DNA of 64,000 nucleotides from Candidatus Brevefilum sp. (lineage in GTDB: Bacteria > Chloroflexota > Anaerolineae > Anaerolineales > Anaerolineaceae), in NCBI GenBank assembly GCA_040772425.1, contig JAXGYD010000001.1, positions 1,340,931 to 1,404,930 of the forward strand. The letters are read 5' to 3'. Below are positions 1 to 10,106 of the stretch, one piece after another. The notes beneath the pieces are model-generated. The model was given only the letters and a program-made list of their open reading frames with translations. It searched no databases and was not told the DNA's origin. The position numbers and the translations under genes were made by a program. How positions within the stretch are numbered: position 1 is the stretch's first letter; each line of letters starts with the position of its first letter.

Positions 1-2
1 TT

Positions 3-1271
3 TCATTCCTGCTGCAAACGGATTTTACAGGCTATCAGATCATTGATTTTTCCCAAATGGAAAGCTTTCTTTTTGAACCCCCAGGGGAAGCCCGCCATTA
101 TAATCTGTCTGCAAACCTTTCACCCGGCGGCGAACGAATTGCCTTTCCCCAAAGCTCGGGGGAGATTGAAGTCATGACGGTGGACAGTGGTCAGATAACC
201 AGCTACATTCCGCTGGATGATGTCGACCCCATTTTCAGTGCGGAAGCAGCAACTAAAACTGCCCAGCAGCGCTTCACCGATGCAGGCCTATCAATTGATG
301 TTACATCTGCAGCACTCCAAAGTGCCTATGAGCAATCCAAATCCATCCTTCAGTGGTATCAAAACGACCAAACCTGGTTGACCGCTGTAGAAACAAGCCA
401 GGACAGCACCAACTTGCACCTTTATAATCTTGAAACGGAGACGCTCATACAGCTTGAATCTGAGCCAGCTTTGGTGCAATCTGTACATCCAAGCCCAACA
501 GCGGCTTGGATATTACTCAAGAAGGGATTCCTTTTCGATAGCAGCATTTGGGAGGATGATCGCTATTACCTCCTAAACGCCGCTGAGGCTGAGACACGCC
601 CCATAGCCTTACCAGAAAACTGCGATCTTCCCCAGGTCTTCTGGTTTGATGCTGACCACGTAGGGATCATCCACCAGGCAAATCTTGTTGGCGGATTTGA
701 TTTTTCACTTTTCAATGTTGCAACCAATGAAATGACCCAAGTTTTTTCAGGCGAATTCACCGAACTAAACCGTTTTGACGATAAGCTGCTGATCTTGTCA
801 CCTGCCTCCTCTGATAACACCACCCTAGTCGAATTGCGCGGCCTCGACGGTGAGGTCACAGCCAGCGAAACCATCGACGCCTTATGTACAATCAACGCTG
901 TGTTCGAAAATCATGCTATCCTCAATTGCGAAATTGAAAGCATGATCCTCGATCAAGATTTGCAAATGACCAAGTTTGATGACCCCATATTTATCCTCTC
1001 GCCAGCGCCAATCGGTGATCAAATCCTGTCGGTGGTTCGCACGGGAGAAATCAAGCTGTTAGATTCCAACTTAACAGTCAAGAAATCTATTAATTTAGAT
1101 GCAGCACCCCTAGAAATACGCTGGATGCCCGATTCTTCTGGATTTTTATACCGCACACGGGGCCAAATTTACTGGTACGATTTATCAACTGAAAGCAGTC
1201 AACTGTTGATTGTGTCAGACCTCTTCAATGACTATACGAATATAAATGGCGTGTGGATTGATGGCAACTAG
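3..1271 (+). CDS. PD40/TolB-like beta-propeller repeat protein, probably 5'-truncated by the window edge
   Basis: The frame of ORF 57..1271 stays open back to base 3. It carries PD40-like motifs (LSPGGERIAF, RWMPDSSGFLYR). Confidence 0.6.
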   Translation, partial: SFLLQTDFTGYQIIDFSQMESFLFEPPGEARHYNLSANLSPGGERIAFPQSSGEIEVMTVDSGQITSYIPLDDVDPIFSAEAATKTAQQRFTDAGLSIDVTSAALQSAYEQSKSILQWYQNDQTWLTAVETSQDSTNLHLYNLETETLIQLESEPALVQSVHPSPTAAWILLKKGFLFDSSIWEDDRYYLLNAAEAETRPIALPENCDLPQVFWFDADHVGIIHQANLVGGFDFSLFNVATNEMTQVFSGEFTELNRFDDKLLILSPASSDNTTLVELRGLDGEVTASETIDALCTINAVFENHAILNCEIESMILDQDLQMTKFDDPIFILSPAPIGDQILSVVRTGEIKLLDSNLTVKKSINLDAAPLEIRWMPDSSGFLYRTRGQIYWYDLSTESSQLLIVSDLFNDYTNINGVWIDGN

Positions 1272-1302
1272 TAAGTTCAGAATGGCAAAATAATCTAAAA
1301 AT

Positions 1303-1977
1303 ATGGTCTCAAACGAGTCAGAACCTGCTAAACCTCAAAAATCCTTACTGGCAAAAAGCGAAGCAGAATTAGCCAAATACCAAACCCGCCAGACAGGCAA
1401 TAACTGCAGCTTTCATGCGATCTCCGTTGGGATTCAACTCTTGCTCAATTACAAAATTGACCCATCCACCCTCGCCCAAGAGATCAACCGGCAATGGTGG
1501 CGGGGAAAATTTATGCGGGTAATCCCCAATTGGGCAGTGACACCTCAGATGCAAGTGCGCATCATCCAATACCTGGCCGAATCGCGTAATCTGCCAATCA
1601 GGGCAACTTACCTGAAGGGCACACTGCCAAAACTGGAACAATTTCTCTCAGACCCAACCGCCGTCCCCATTGTTACCCTGGTCTGGTTATGGGGCCAAGC
1701 CCCTCCCATTTACTACGCGGATAGCGCGATAAATGTTAATCAAACCAACGCAGCACAAGGCCATACAATGGTAGTGGCCACCTATGACCCACAACATTTT
1801 TCTGGGGGCAACTTGCACACACCGTGGGGATTCATCAATTCATGGCGCTCCCATGCCCGAAATTTATACTGGATGTCAGAGGAAGACTTCAGCCGCGTCT
1901 GGGGGACTTCCCTCCCGATCATTGGTGCAAACCCACTTGTTTTATTACAATCAACCCAATTCAATAAAGAAGATTGA
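1303..1977 (+). CDS. Papain-like (C39-like) cysteine peptidase-fold protein
   Basis: Q-x5-NNC (TRQTGNNCSFHA) followed later by GHTMVVATYD and FINSW gives a candidate Gln/Cys/His/Asn arrangement. No signal peptide is evident. Confidence 0.5.
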   Translation: MVSNESEPAKPQKSLLAKSEAELAKYQTRQTGNNCSFHAISVGIQLLLNYKIDPSTLAQEINRQWWRGKFMRVIPNWAVTPQMQVRIIQYLAESRNLPIRATYLKGTLPKLEQFLSDPTAVPIVTLVWLWGQAPPIYYADSAINVNQTNAAQGHTMVVATYDPQHFSGGNLHTPWGFINSWRSHARNLYWMSEEDFSRVWGTSLPIIGANPLVLLQSTQFNKED

Positions 1978-2138
1978 ACTGCCGGATCCAAAAAATTTTC
2001 TCCCTATTAAAATTTCCCAATAATTGAGAAGCACAAAACCACCAATAATGTATAATTAATCATACTGTGGGAAGTGATAAGAACAGTTAGACCCGCAGAA
2101 AAATTGATTGTTTATCCGCCCCTTGCTGAAAGGATTGC

Positions 2139-3341
2139 ATGAAACTCGAATTTCCTGAAAGCTCAACAGGAATTCACCCTCCTACCGCCGCTCTAATGAA
2201 GATTCTTCAGGCAAAGGGCGTTGTCAACCCAATTACAAATCTGCCTTTTACGGAAGCTCTGCTTTTCGGCATTGGTGGTGGACTTGGCGTAGGTTACATT
2301 CTCTTCCAGTTCAAACACCTGCCTAATCCCATTTTAGTCTTGGGATTTCGCAATCAATGGAATGACACACAAGCCTTTCTTGAGACTTTGACGGAAAGGC
2401 TGTCCTTCCAGGTGGAATTCGAAACGTATGAAAACGCCGATGATGCACAACAAGGTTTAAACGCAGCTCTCAATAAACAGCACATACCAATTGTGTGGGT
2501 GGACAAGGCCCATCTTCCGTATCACCAATTATCGGAAACTCTCAAAGGTTTTATTAATCACCAGGTGGCAGTTTACGGACATAACGAAAAGTCTTCACAT
2601 TGGTATCTGGATGACTTGAGCAGCCAATTATTCGAAATACGAGAAAAAACCCTTACAATTGCTCGCGAGCATGTCAGTCCCCAAAATTTCTTAATGATGA
2701 CTTTCACAGAAGCTAGACCAACAAATGTGCAGGAACTTCGTGAGTCAATCATCGAGGGCATCAGGGAATGCGCCGCGCAATTGACACAAGCGAGGACAAA
2801 TCTTGGCATCAGCAACCTTGATACATGGTCAGATCAACTCACCGACCAGCACAGCCGCACAGGCTGGCCTCAAGTATTTCAAGAACAACCGAGTCTTTAC
2901 CCCGTTTTACGAACAGTTTACGAGTTTATTAAGCTCAACAGCTCCGATGGATTTGCCCTGCGGAAAATTTATGCGGACTTTTTGCAAGAAGCTGCTGGCA
3001 TCCTCTCAAATTATGCGTTGAACGCTGTCGCCGGCCAGTATTTACAGTTAGCCAATCACTGGTCGAACCTGGCTGATAACGCCCTCCCATCAAGAATTCC
3101 AATCTTTGATCGCGTGAAGAACCTTCTCAATAAGAAATATGACGCCTATAAAAACCACGATTTTATTGCTCATCAAGAAATATCGCAGGAGTTATTCAAA
3201 TTAGAAGAAAAAATTAAGGCTGATTTCCCTATGTCGGTTAACGAAATCCATCAACTTTTCAACCGAATGTCTTCTCAGTTAAAATTAATTCGGGAGCTAG
3301 AACATAGTGCAGCATTCCGTCTGAGGGAAGTTACCAATTAA
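2139..3341 (+). CDS. BtrH N-terminal-like / DUF4872-like protein
   Basis: The motif LPFTEALLFGIGGGLGVGYILFQF resembles the BtrH_N family. The 400-aa length fits a BtrH_N plus DUF4872 architecture. Recognised from memory only. Confidence 0.45.
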   Translation: MKLEFPESSTGIHPPTAALMKILQAKGVVNPITNLPFTEALLFGIGGGLGVGYILFQFKHLPNPILVLGFRNQWNDTQAFLETLTERLSFQVEFETYENADDAQQGLNAALNKQHIPIVWVDKAHLPYHQLSETLKGFINHQVAVYGHNEKSSHWYLDDLSSQLFEIREKTLTIAREHVSPQNFLMMTFTEARPTNVQELRESIIEGIRECAAQLTQARTNLGISNLDTWSDQLTDQHSRTGWPQVFQEQPSLYPVLRTVYEFIKLNSSDGFALRKIYADFLQEAAGILSNYALNAVAGQYLQLANHWSNLADNALPSRIPIFDRVKNLLNKKYDAYKNHDFIAHQEISQELFKLEEKIKADFPMSVNEIHQLFNRMSSQLKLIRELEHSAAFRLREVTN

Positions 3342-3382
3342 AATATAGAAGCAGAAAATTTAAAGCATATCAAGAGGTAAAC

Positions 3383-4387
3383 ATGAAAATTTTAATCTTA
3401 GGTGGCAAACGGTTCCTGGGCATTGCCCTGATTGAAGCGGCTCTCAAGGCAGGACACGAACCCACACTCTTTAACCGAGGATTAACCAATCCAGATCTAT
3501 ATCCTGATATTCCCAATCTCATTGGAGACCGGGACGGCAATATCGATGCCTTAAAAGGGCAGTCTTGGGATGCCGTGATCGATACAAGCGGGTATATCCC
3601 CCGCATTGTCAAACAATCGGCGTCATTACTGTCTGGCAATTGCAGCAGTTATACCTTCATCTCATCGGTCTCGGTCTATCAAGATTATCTCATGCCAGAT
3701 ATCAATGAAGATTACCCCTTAGCCAGGCTTGATGACACCTCTGAGGAAGATTACTCAGGGGATGCCTATGGCCCACTCAAAGCCCTTTGTGAGTATGAAA
3801 TTCAAAAAAATTTTGAGGGTAAAGTTTTGGTCATCAGACCAGGCCTGATTGTAGGGCCATATGATCCAACAGACCGCTTCACCTATTGGCCCTGGCGTGT
3901 GTCCCTGGGAGGTAAAGTTTTAGCGCCCGCACCGCCCAGTTCCAGCCTCCAGTTTATTGATGTGCGAGATTTGGCTGAATTTATCATCCAACGCATCGAA
4001 AAGAATGACGAAGGGGTTTACAACGTCACCGGTCCAAAAAAACCTGCCACAATGGGTTCCTTACTGGTCTCTTGCCGTGAAGCCGCATTGTCTGATGCAA
4101 CTTTTGTTTGGGTTGAGGAAGATTTTTTACTCGAACATAATGTCACACCATGGAAAGATTTGCCACTATGGATCCCATCTTCGGATCCTGCTTTTACGGG
4201 TTTTTATAACATCAATATCAACAAAGCCCTCAAAGCCGGTCTATCCTTACGCCCCATCGCAAAAACCGTTAGTGATACGCTGACCTGGCTAAAAACAGAA
4301 CGAGGAAATGAAAAATTAAAGGTGGGCATGGACATCGCCACCGAGACAACGTTATTGATGAAATATCAGCATGAAAGAGAGAAATAA
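3383..4387 (+). CDS. NAD-dependent epimerase/dehydratase family (extended SDR) protein
   Basis: N-terminal Rossmann motif MKILILGGKRFLGIAL and a length of 334 aa. Confidence 0.8.
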   Translation: MKILILGGKRFLGIALIEAALKAGHEPTLFNRGLTNPDLYPDIPNLIGDRDGNIDALKGQSWDAVIDTSGYIPRIVKQSASLLSGNCSSYTFISSVSVYQDYLMPDINEDYPLARLDDTSEEDYSGDAYGPLKALCEYEIQKNFEGKVLVIRPGLIVGPYDPTDRFTYWPWRVSLGGKVLAPAPPSSSLQFIDVRDLAEFIIQRIEKNDEGVYNVTGPKKPATMGSLLVSCREAALSDATFVWVEEDFLLEHNVTPWKDLPLWIPSSDPAFTGFYNININKALKAGLSLRPIAKTVSDTLTWLKTERGNEKLKVGMDIATETTLLMKYQHEREK

Positions 4388-4409
4388 AGGGGATTTCTGA
4401 TCTGAAAAT

Positions 4410-4925
4410 TTATTGATAAACCTCCCAGTACACCCGATCAGGATTAAATTGGGTTCTGGGGGGTTTTTCTTCTCCTGGATAACCAATATAAATCACATTT
4501 AAAGGTAAAACATGGCTGGGAAGTTCCAAAATTTTGGAGATGCGCTTTGTAAAAAGTGTGATCGGATGAATCCCAACCCATATTGCGCCCAAGCCTAATT
4601 CAACAGCTTGCAATAATATATTCTCGGTCGCGGCGCTGCAATCCTGCACCCAAAAGCGGGAAGCCATGGGATGTTTAAAAAACGAGGTATTTCCGCATAC
4701 AACAATGGCAGCGGGTGCGTTGTATCGCCCCAAGGGACTGACGGAACGGATCTTTTCAAGGTTTTCAGGTTCAATAATTACGACAAATTCCCAGGGCTGA
4801 ATGTTCATCGCGGTTGGGGCAGCCATAGCTGCCTTCAATAAAAGTTCGAGTTTCTCTTTTTCAACACTTTTATCCTGATATTGGCGGATGCTACGACGTG
4901 CATAAATGGCTTCTTTGGTTTCCAT
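4410..4925 (-). CDS. Nitroreductase family protein
   Basis: N-terminus AIYARRSIRQY and NIQPWEFVVI are typical nitroreductase motifs. Length is 171 aa. Confidence 0.8.
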   Translation of the reverse strand: METKEAIYARRSIRQYQDKSVEKEKLELLLKAAMAAPTAMNIQPWEFVVIIEPENLEKIRSVSPLGRYNAPAAIVVCGNTSFFKHPMASRFWVQDCSAATENILLQAVELGLGAIWVGIHPITLFTKRISKILELPSHVLPLNVIYIGYPGEEKPPRTQFNPDRVYWEVYQ

Positions 4926-5006
4926 CTTTTAATCCTATCTTTTTCTATCAAATTTTATATGTCTTTATAGTCTTTATGCCTTAAAAATTTCTTTCCACCT
5001 AATGGT

Positions 5007-5789
5007 CTATCCAACTCGTTTAATCAAACCCCATATACCCTCAGCCAGCGCTCCAGGATTTTCCCACATAGGCATATGCCCCGCGTCGGGAATAGCATAA
5101 AACTTACCATTTGGTAACGCGCCCATTAACGCTTGAGCCTCTGCAAAATTTATCAGCTGATCTTCTTCACCAGCAGCCAATAAAATTGGCTCAACAAGCT
5201 GCGTTAGCAAATCACTTCGATCAACTCTTTCCGCCATCGCACCAGACACACCGATAATTCCGTTTGGAGAAGTTCCTTCGATCAATTTGTACGTTTCTTT
5301 GATAATAGCTTCGTTTTTCGATAATTTTGGTGCTAATGATTTCGCAAGTTCGACCGACCCACCTTTTCGAATGCGATCGATTAATTCGTAGCGGCTTTTC
5401 TTTTTCACCTCAGAATCAGCCTTTGCATGGGATGTGATCAACCCCAAACCTGCCAACCGCTGCGGATACAGATCAGCAAAAGCCAGGCTGATATAACCCC
5501 CCATGGAATGCCCACAAATAATTGCCTTGTCAACTTGTAAAAAATCGAGCAATCCAGCCAGATCTTCAGCCAACGCTTCCATCGAGTAAATCCCACTTGG
5601 CGCTTCACTTTCACCGTGACCGCGCACATCCGGTAGGATGACATGCTGCTTGGGTATGTGTTTCAGGACCATCTGCCGCCAAATGCTGCGATTCAAACCA
5701 AAGCCATGAATGAGCACCAAAGGAATGCCCTCGTGTCCTAAAACCTCATACGCGAGTTTAATGTCGTTGATGACCGCTTCCATGTCCAC
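5007..5789 (-). CDS. Alpha/beta hydrolase
   Basis: HGFG oxyanion motif, the GHSMGG nucleophile elbow and a C-terminal GHMP histidine. Confidence 0.8.
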   Translation of the reverse strand: MDMEAVINDIKLAYEVLGHEGIPLVLIHGFGLNRSIWRQMVLKHIPKQHVILPDVRGHGESEAPSGIYSMEALAEDLAGLLDFLQVDKAIICGHSMGGYISLAFADLYPQRLAGLGLITSHAKADSEVKKKSRYELIDRIRKGGSVELAKSLAPKLSKNEAIIKETYKLIEGTSPNGIIGVSGAMAERVDRSDLLTQLVEPILLAAGEEDQLINFAEAQALMGALPNGKFYAIPDAGHMPMWENPGALAEGIWGLIKRVG

Positions 5790-5805
5790 TGACCTCCAAT
5801 TCAGG

Positions 5806-7293
5806 CTATTTGATCTGCTTCATAATAAAGGCTTCTGCTTCTTCTTGGGTTTTGATCTCACCACCAGCCTGTGCTTCCAACAAAGCATCCAGCAGTTCCC
5901 CAATCTTTTTGCCAGGATTCAAGCCAAAGAGCCTTTGAATATCATTCCCATCCAGTAGTGGGGTCGGGTTTACAAGGGATTCTTTATGATCCCACCAGGC
6001 TGAGAGGAATTGCGCTGCAATCGTGACAGCTTGTTCCCATTTTTCTCTCGATAGCGTCTCACCGTAGGTCCCTATCGTATCAGCCAGGGTGTGCAAGAGG
6101 ATGGCCACCCCAACCTCATCCACTTTCTGATAAAACCGATAGATTACCCGTGGCGTGAGGGCAGTTCGTCCATTGATCAAGGGCAGCAAATCCATATGAT
6201 GACGGACCAAGTCCGTCACCCAATTGCACTCCGCTTTGCTCAATTTGAGCCGTTTGGCGACCTCCAGCGCTAAATCTGCGCCCACTTGCGCATGATTGTA
6301 ATAGTGCAAGCGGCCATCTTCCCCCACTTTCATCGTCATCGGTTTCCCAAGGTCATGCAGCAGCGCGCCAAATAATGCCAAACTGCTTTTATTTCGCCCT
6401 GGGGTTAGTTCTTCTTGGAAAAATTTTTCCATTTGATCTGAATAAGGGGCAAAGGCTTTTTTAGCCGCTAAAAGCCACCAGGTTTGCTCAACTTCTGAAC
6501 TTTTATCGGATTGTATAGCCTTCAATAACTGATCCAAATATTTAACCACGCGCCAGGTATGCTCAATGAGCGGATAAACATGCGGATCGGATGCTGGGAT
6601 CCCTTCCTGTTGCACCAAGCCTGGGATTAGGGTCTCAAAAACATTAAATTGACGACAATAAACGATGCCTTGTGCTGGATCATTGCCTTCCAATATTTTG
6701 AAAAATTCGTCCCGTTGGCGCTCGTATGATGTATTGGGCAGGCTAACAGCCGCCTCCTGGAATTTACGCTCTAATCCAGGCCCAAAGTCAAATCCGAATT
6801 GAATTGCCAATCGAATGCCCCGCAAAACTCGCACCGGGTCAGCTATTAAAGACTCTGGATTACACAGGCTCAATCGCCCTTGTTTGAGATCTTCTCGCCC
6901 CTTCAAGGGGTCAATGATCGTCGCCAGGTCGTGCATTGAGATCGCCATGGCGTTGACCGTGAAGTCCCGGCTTTGTAAATCTTCCACTAAAGTATTCCCG
7001 GTAAATTTTACAAAATCGAGTGGGAACATTTTTCCCATAGCATCTGTATGCACGATTCGTGTGGTCCGGCGCACATCGTCAAGCACAAAAAAACCAGCCT
7101 TTAAGCGCCTGGCAACAGCCTTTGCTAGGCTGGTAGGGTCATCCGGCATCACAAAATCGAGATCGTTAAAGGGACGACCTAACAACAAACCTCGAACGCT
7201 TCCCCCCACAAGATAGAGTGGTTGCCCTGATCCTAATTCTGCAAGAATGGCATCAAGAATGCTCGCAATCGCAGGGTTAGACGTCAGACTCAT
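5806..7293 (-). CDS. tRNA nucleotidyltransferase / poly(A) polymerase family protein with HD domain (CCA-adding-type)
   Basis: Head-domain motif LVGGSVRGLLLGRPFNDLDF and HD motif LLHDLGKP. I moved the start to the ATG at 7293 (MSLTSN), because the longer track ORF to 7344 overlaps hpt extensively. Confidence 0.75.
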   Translation of the reverse strand: MSLTSNPAIASILDAILAELGSGQPLYLVGGSVRGLLLGRPFNDLDFVMPDDPTSLAKAVARRLKAGFFVLDDVRRTTRIVHTDAMGKMFPLDFVKFTGNTLVEDLQSRDFTVNAMAISMHDLATIIDPLKGREDLKQGRLSLCNPESLIADPVRVLRGIRLAIQFGFDFGPGLERKFQEAAVSLPNTSYERQRDEFFKILEGNDPAQGIVYCRQFNVFETLIPGLVQQEGIPASDPHVYPLIEHTWRVVKYLDQLLKAIQSDKSSEVEQTWWLLAAKKAFAPYSDQMEKFFQEELTPGRNKSSLALFGALLHDLGKPMTMKVGEDGRLHYYNHAQVGADLALEVAKRLKLSKAECNWVTDLVRHHMDLLPLINGRTALTPRVIYRFYQKVDEVGVAILLHTLADTIGTYGETLSREKWEQAVTIAAQFLSAWWDHKESLVNPTPLLDGNDIQRLFGLNPGKKIGELLDALLEAQAGGEIKTQEEAEAFIMKQIK

Positions 7294-7834
7294 ACTTTTC
7301 CAAATCGACCACACCAATGAAGGGCAGGTTACGGTAATACTCATCCATATCTAAGCCATAGCCAAAAACAAATTTATTCGGTATCTCAAAACCGCAGTAT
7401 TTGATTGGCACATCCACCTCACGTCGGGAGACTTTATCCAGCAGTGTACAGACATTGATGCTGGCGGGATTACGTGTGCGCAGTAATTCAATCACCGAGT
7501 GCAAGGTATTTCCACTGTCAATGATATCTTCCACAATCAAAACATGCCTTCCCGTAATACTGGTGGCTAAGTCCAGCGTGATCCGAACTTCGCCATCCGA
7601 ACTGCGGGAACCCACACCGTAGGAGGAAACGCTCATGAAATCGATGGCTACTGGTGGCTTGATATACCGAATGAGATCGGTTAGAAACATCACACCACCC
7701 CTGAGAATACAGATAGCAAGGATCGATTGACCTTCATAGTCTTTGCTGATCTCAGCGCCCAATTCCGCAATTCTTGCTTTTAATTTCTCTTCAGGAATCA
7801 GGACTTCCGCTAAAAATAATTGATAGTCTTTCAT
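7277..7834 (-). CDS. hpt: Hypoxanthine(-guanine) phosphoribosyltransferase
   Basis: PRPP-binding motif VLIVEDIIDSGNTL, typical Hpt N-terminus and length (185 aa). Confidence 0.9.
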   Translation of the reverse strand: MKDYQLFLAEVLIPEEKLKARIAELGAEISKDYEGQSILAICILRGGVMFLTDLIRYIKPPVAIDFMSVSSYGVGSRSSDGEVRITLDLATSITGRHVLIVEDIIDSGNTLHSVIELLRTRNPASINVCTLLDKVSRREVDVPIKYCGFEIPNKFVFGYGLDMDEYYRNLPFIGVVDLEKYESDV

Positions 7835-7853
7835 TTAACTCCTATCACTAACA

Positions 7854-8426
7854 TTAATCTCTGGGAACTTCGTGATGTTGCCGACAACGTGCTTCATACA
7901 TTTCTTGTGCGCCGACGACGAGAATTGGATCATCATAGTGCGCAGGTTTACCGTTGACCAAGCGTTGCGTCCGACTCGCGGGTCCCCCACAGACCATGCA
8001 GATCGCCTGCAATTTCGCAACCCGCTCTGCTCGTGCAAGTAATTGCGGCATGCAACCAAAGGGTTCACCGCGAAAATTCATATCCAAGCCTGTCACGATG
8101 ACACGCACCCCATGATCTGCCATGTATTCCACCACATCCACAACGCCGTCATCAAAAAATTGAACCTCATCAATACCTACAACCGTTGTCTCTTGATCCA
8201 ATAAATCCAAAATAGCTTGTGATGATTCCACAGGGATGGCATCGACATCGATGCCCGAATGAGAGGTGACCTTTTGTTGATTATAGCGATTATCAACCAT
8301 GGGTTTAAACACTTGGACTTGCTGCTTGGCAATGCGTGCTCTTCTTAGACGACGAATTAATTCTTCGGTCTTTCCGCAAAACATTGAACCGGTAATGACT
8401 TCTAAAGATCCAACTTCATGTTTCAT
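7854..8426 (-). CDS. tdk: Thymidine kinase
   Basis: P-loop [14 protein letters not shown] and C-terminal zinc motifs CMVCG and ARCRQHH. Confidence 0.92.
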   Translation of the reverse strand: MKHEVGSLEVITGSMFCGKTEELIRRLRRARIAKQQVQVFKPMVDNRYNQQKVTSHSGIDVDAIPVESSQAILDLLDQETTVVGIDEVQFFDDGVVDVVEYMADHGVRVIVTGLDMNFRGEPFGCMPQLLARAERVAKLQAICMVCGGPASRTQRLVNGKPAHYDDPILVVGAQEMYEARCRQHHEVPRD

Positions 8427-8451
8427 AAAACACTCCTTTAGGATAAATAAT

Positions 8452-8481
8452 AACAGGCAGATGATAGATCATCTGCCTGTT
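8452..8481 (-). terminator. Intrinsic terminator after rpmE
   Basis: Perfect 13-bp stem (aacaggcagatga / tcatctgcctgtt) with a 4-nt loop. On the minus strand it is followed by a T-rich tract (attatttat). Confidence 0.6.
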
Positions 8482-8514
8482 AAGTTTACCGGATTTTTGT
8501 AATCTGAAAACGAT

Positions 8515-8994
8515 TTATACGGTGATTTCTTCCGCTGCTTCGGGAATTTTATAACCCATTTGGCGCAACTTCTTTTTCAGATCAATTAAGGATTTGCGAC
8601 CAAAACCACTGATGTCCAACATCGCTTGCTCGCCGCCTTCCAAACGTTCAAGAACATCACCAATGGTGTTAATCCCAGCTTCAACGAGGACGTTATCAAC
8701 ACGAGTGCCGAGTTCCAAATCTTCAATCGTGCGATCAGGCGAGACTTTTTCCTCTTCTTTAGCTTCTTGTTCTTTGAGATAGTCCTGTCGAGCTTGCAGT
8801 CGTTTATAGAAACGATCAACCTGACCTTCACGGTCTAAAATGCGTGCCTGTTGTCCCGTATAAAAGGGATGACAATTTGAACAAACCTCAGTGCGGATTT
8901 CCTTTTGGGTTGACCCGGTTTTCCAGGTCGCGCCACAAGAACCACAAATCACGGTTGCTTCAGGATAGTATTCGGGATGAATGTCTTTTTTCAT
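8515..8994 (-). CDS. rpmE: Ribosomal protein L31 fused to a C-terminal RNA polymerase alpha-CTD-like helix-hairpin-helix domain
   Basis: The N-terminus MKKDIHPEY..CGSCG..CSNCHPFYTG..VDRFYKR is canonical L31. The C-terminus IEDLELGTRVDNVLVEAGINTIGDVLE..GFGRKSLIDLKKKLRQMGY resembles the RpoA CTD. I took the start at the ATG at 8994. Confidence 0.85.
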   Translation of the reverse strand: MKKDIHPEYYPEATVICGSCGATWKTGSTQKEIRTEVCSNCHPFYTGQQARILDREGQVDRFYKRLQARQDYLKEQEAKEEEKVSPDRTIEDLELGTRVDNVLVEAGINTIGDVLERLEGGEQAMLDISGFGRKSLIDLKKKLRQMGYKIPEAAEEITV

Positions 8995-9030
8995 AATTTC
9001 TTCCAATCTTTCGTGGTGGGTGAATAAGGT

Positions 9031-9297
9031 CTATTCATCCTCAGGGATGGTCACGACATGGACCTTCTTACGTCCACCGGGCATGGTTTCAAAATGAACA
9101 AGGCCTTCGGTTGTCGCAAAGAGGGTGTGATCTCTTCCCATGCCAACATTCCAACCGGGATGAATCTTGGTACCGCGTTGGCGGACCAAAATATTACCGC
9201 TGATGACATATTCACCACCAAATTTTTTTACACCAAGTCGTTTCGATTGACTGTCACGACCGTTACGAGATGCGCCGCCACCTTTTTTATGCGCCAT
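9031..9297 (-). CDS. rpmA: Ribosomal protein L27
   Basis: [24 protein letters not shown] is a canonical L27 N-terminus. Confidence 0.95.
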   Translation of the reverse strand: MAHKKGGGASRNGRDSQSKRLGVKKFGGEYVISGNILVRQRGTKIHPGWNVGMGRDHTLFATTEGLVHFETMPGGRKKVHVVTIPEDE

Positions 9298-9302
9298 GAT
9301 CC

Positions 9303-9620
9303 TTACTCCATTTCAATTGATTCAATCAGCAATCGCGTGTATTGCTGCCGATGTCCAGATTTAACACGATAACGTTGTTTAGGTCGGTACTTAAACACTA
9401 AAATTTTGCGTCCCTTAAAATGATTTAAGATTTTCGCTTGGATTTTTGCACCCTCTATCACGGGGGTGCCGACCGTAACTTCACCATCGTCGACATGCAA
9501 GAGCACATCTTCAATGGTGATGGTTTCACCAACTTCGTTGGGCAAACGATCAACTTCGATTGTGCTACCTTCAGCAGCTCGATATTGCTTGCCACCTTGT
9601 TCGACAATTACAAACTTCAT
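9303..9620 (-). CDS. rplU: Ribosomal protein L21
   Basis: [18 protein letters not shown] is a canonical L21 N-terminus. The start is set at the ATG at 9620, which has a GGAG upstream. Confidence 0.93.
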   Translation of the reverse strand: MKFVIVEQGGKQYRAAEGSTIEVDRLPNEVGETITIEDVLLHVDDGEVTVGTPVIEGAKIQAKILNHFKGRKILVFKYRPKQRYRVKSGHRQQYTRLLIESIEME

Positions 9621-10067
9621 ATTTCTACTCCAATCTTCACTTAACCAATCTCGCTCGCGTGTCACCGCCAGGGACCGGGAAAGTTGGGGTTACAAGATTT
9701 TACCCCAGCATAATCTTCCTGCCGGGGCAAGGAACATTATTATATTGGCAACCTGCATGAATGTCAACTGGTTTTAGGGATTTCCTGCTAGTCTCTACCT
9801 TTAAGTTGCCACAATACTTCAATGCCCCTTTTCACATCCTTTTTGGATGACCTTCAAACAAAACACAATTCTTGGGCATCTGCATTAATTAAGGAACATT
9901 CCCATTCTCGACTTTTCTGATATAATGCATCCGTCTTATTAAGGTCGCATTGTTATGATCTTGGACTAAAAATATACTGGTTTTCAGAAAAAATTCATGC
10001 TGTTAAGCAAAATTTCCAAAAAATGAAACTCATTTTAAATTAATCCTTAAAAACTCCTTTATTTCCC

Positions 10068-10096
10068 TTGATTTTAAATCACACTTACGCTATACT
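10068..10096 (+). promoter_or_regulatory. Sigma-70-type promoter of the dcw cluster (Pmra-like)
   Basis: TTGATT (10068-10073), a 17-nt spacer, then TATACT (10091-10096). It lies about 95 nt upstream of mraZ. Confidence 0.55.
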
Positions 10097-10106
10097 AGTT
10101 ATCACT

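Noticed and set aside
5806-7344. Longer 512-aa version of the tRNA nucleotidyltransferase ORF, starting at 7344.
   Set aside because: The extra 17 codons overlap the 3' end of hpt by 68 nt and add a non-conserved hydrophobic leader. The internal ATG at 7293 gives a normal N-terminus.
9621-9760. Possible ribosomal-protein leader upstream of rplU (tggggt/acccca hairpin at about 9681-9703).
   Set aside because: Only one 6-bp stem is present. It shows no recognisable similarity to the known L21 leader and I cannot assess conservation.
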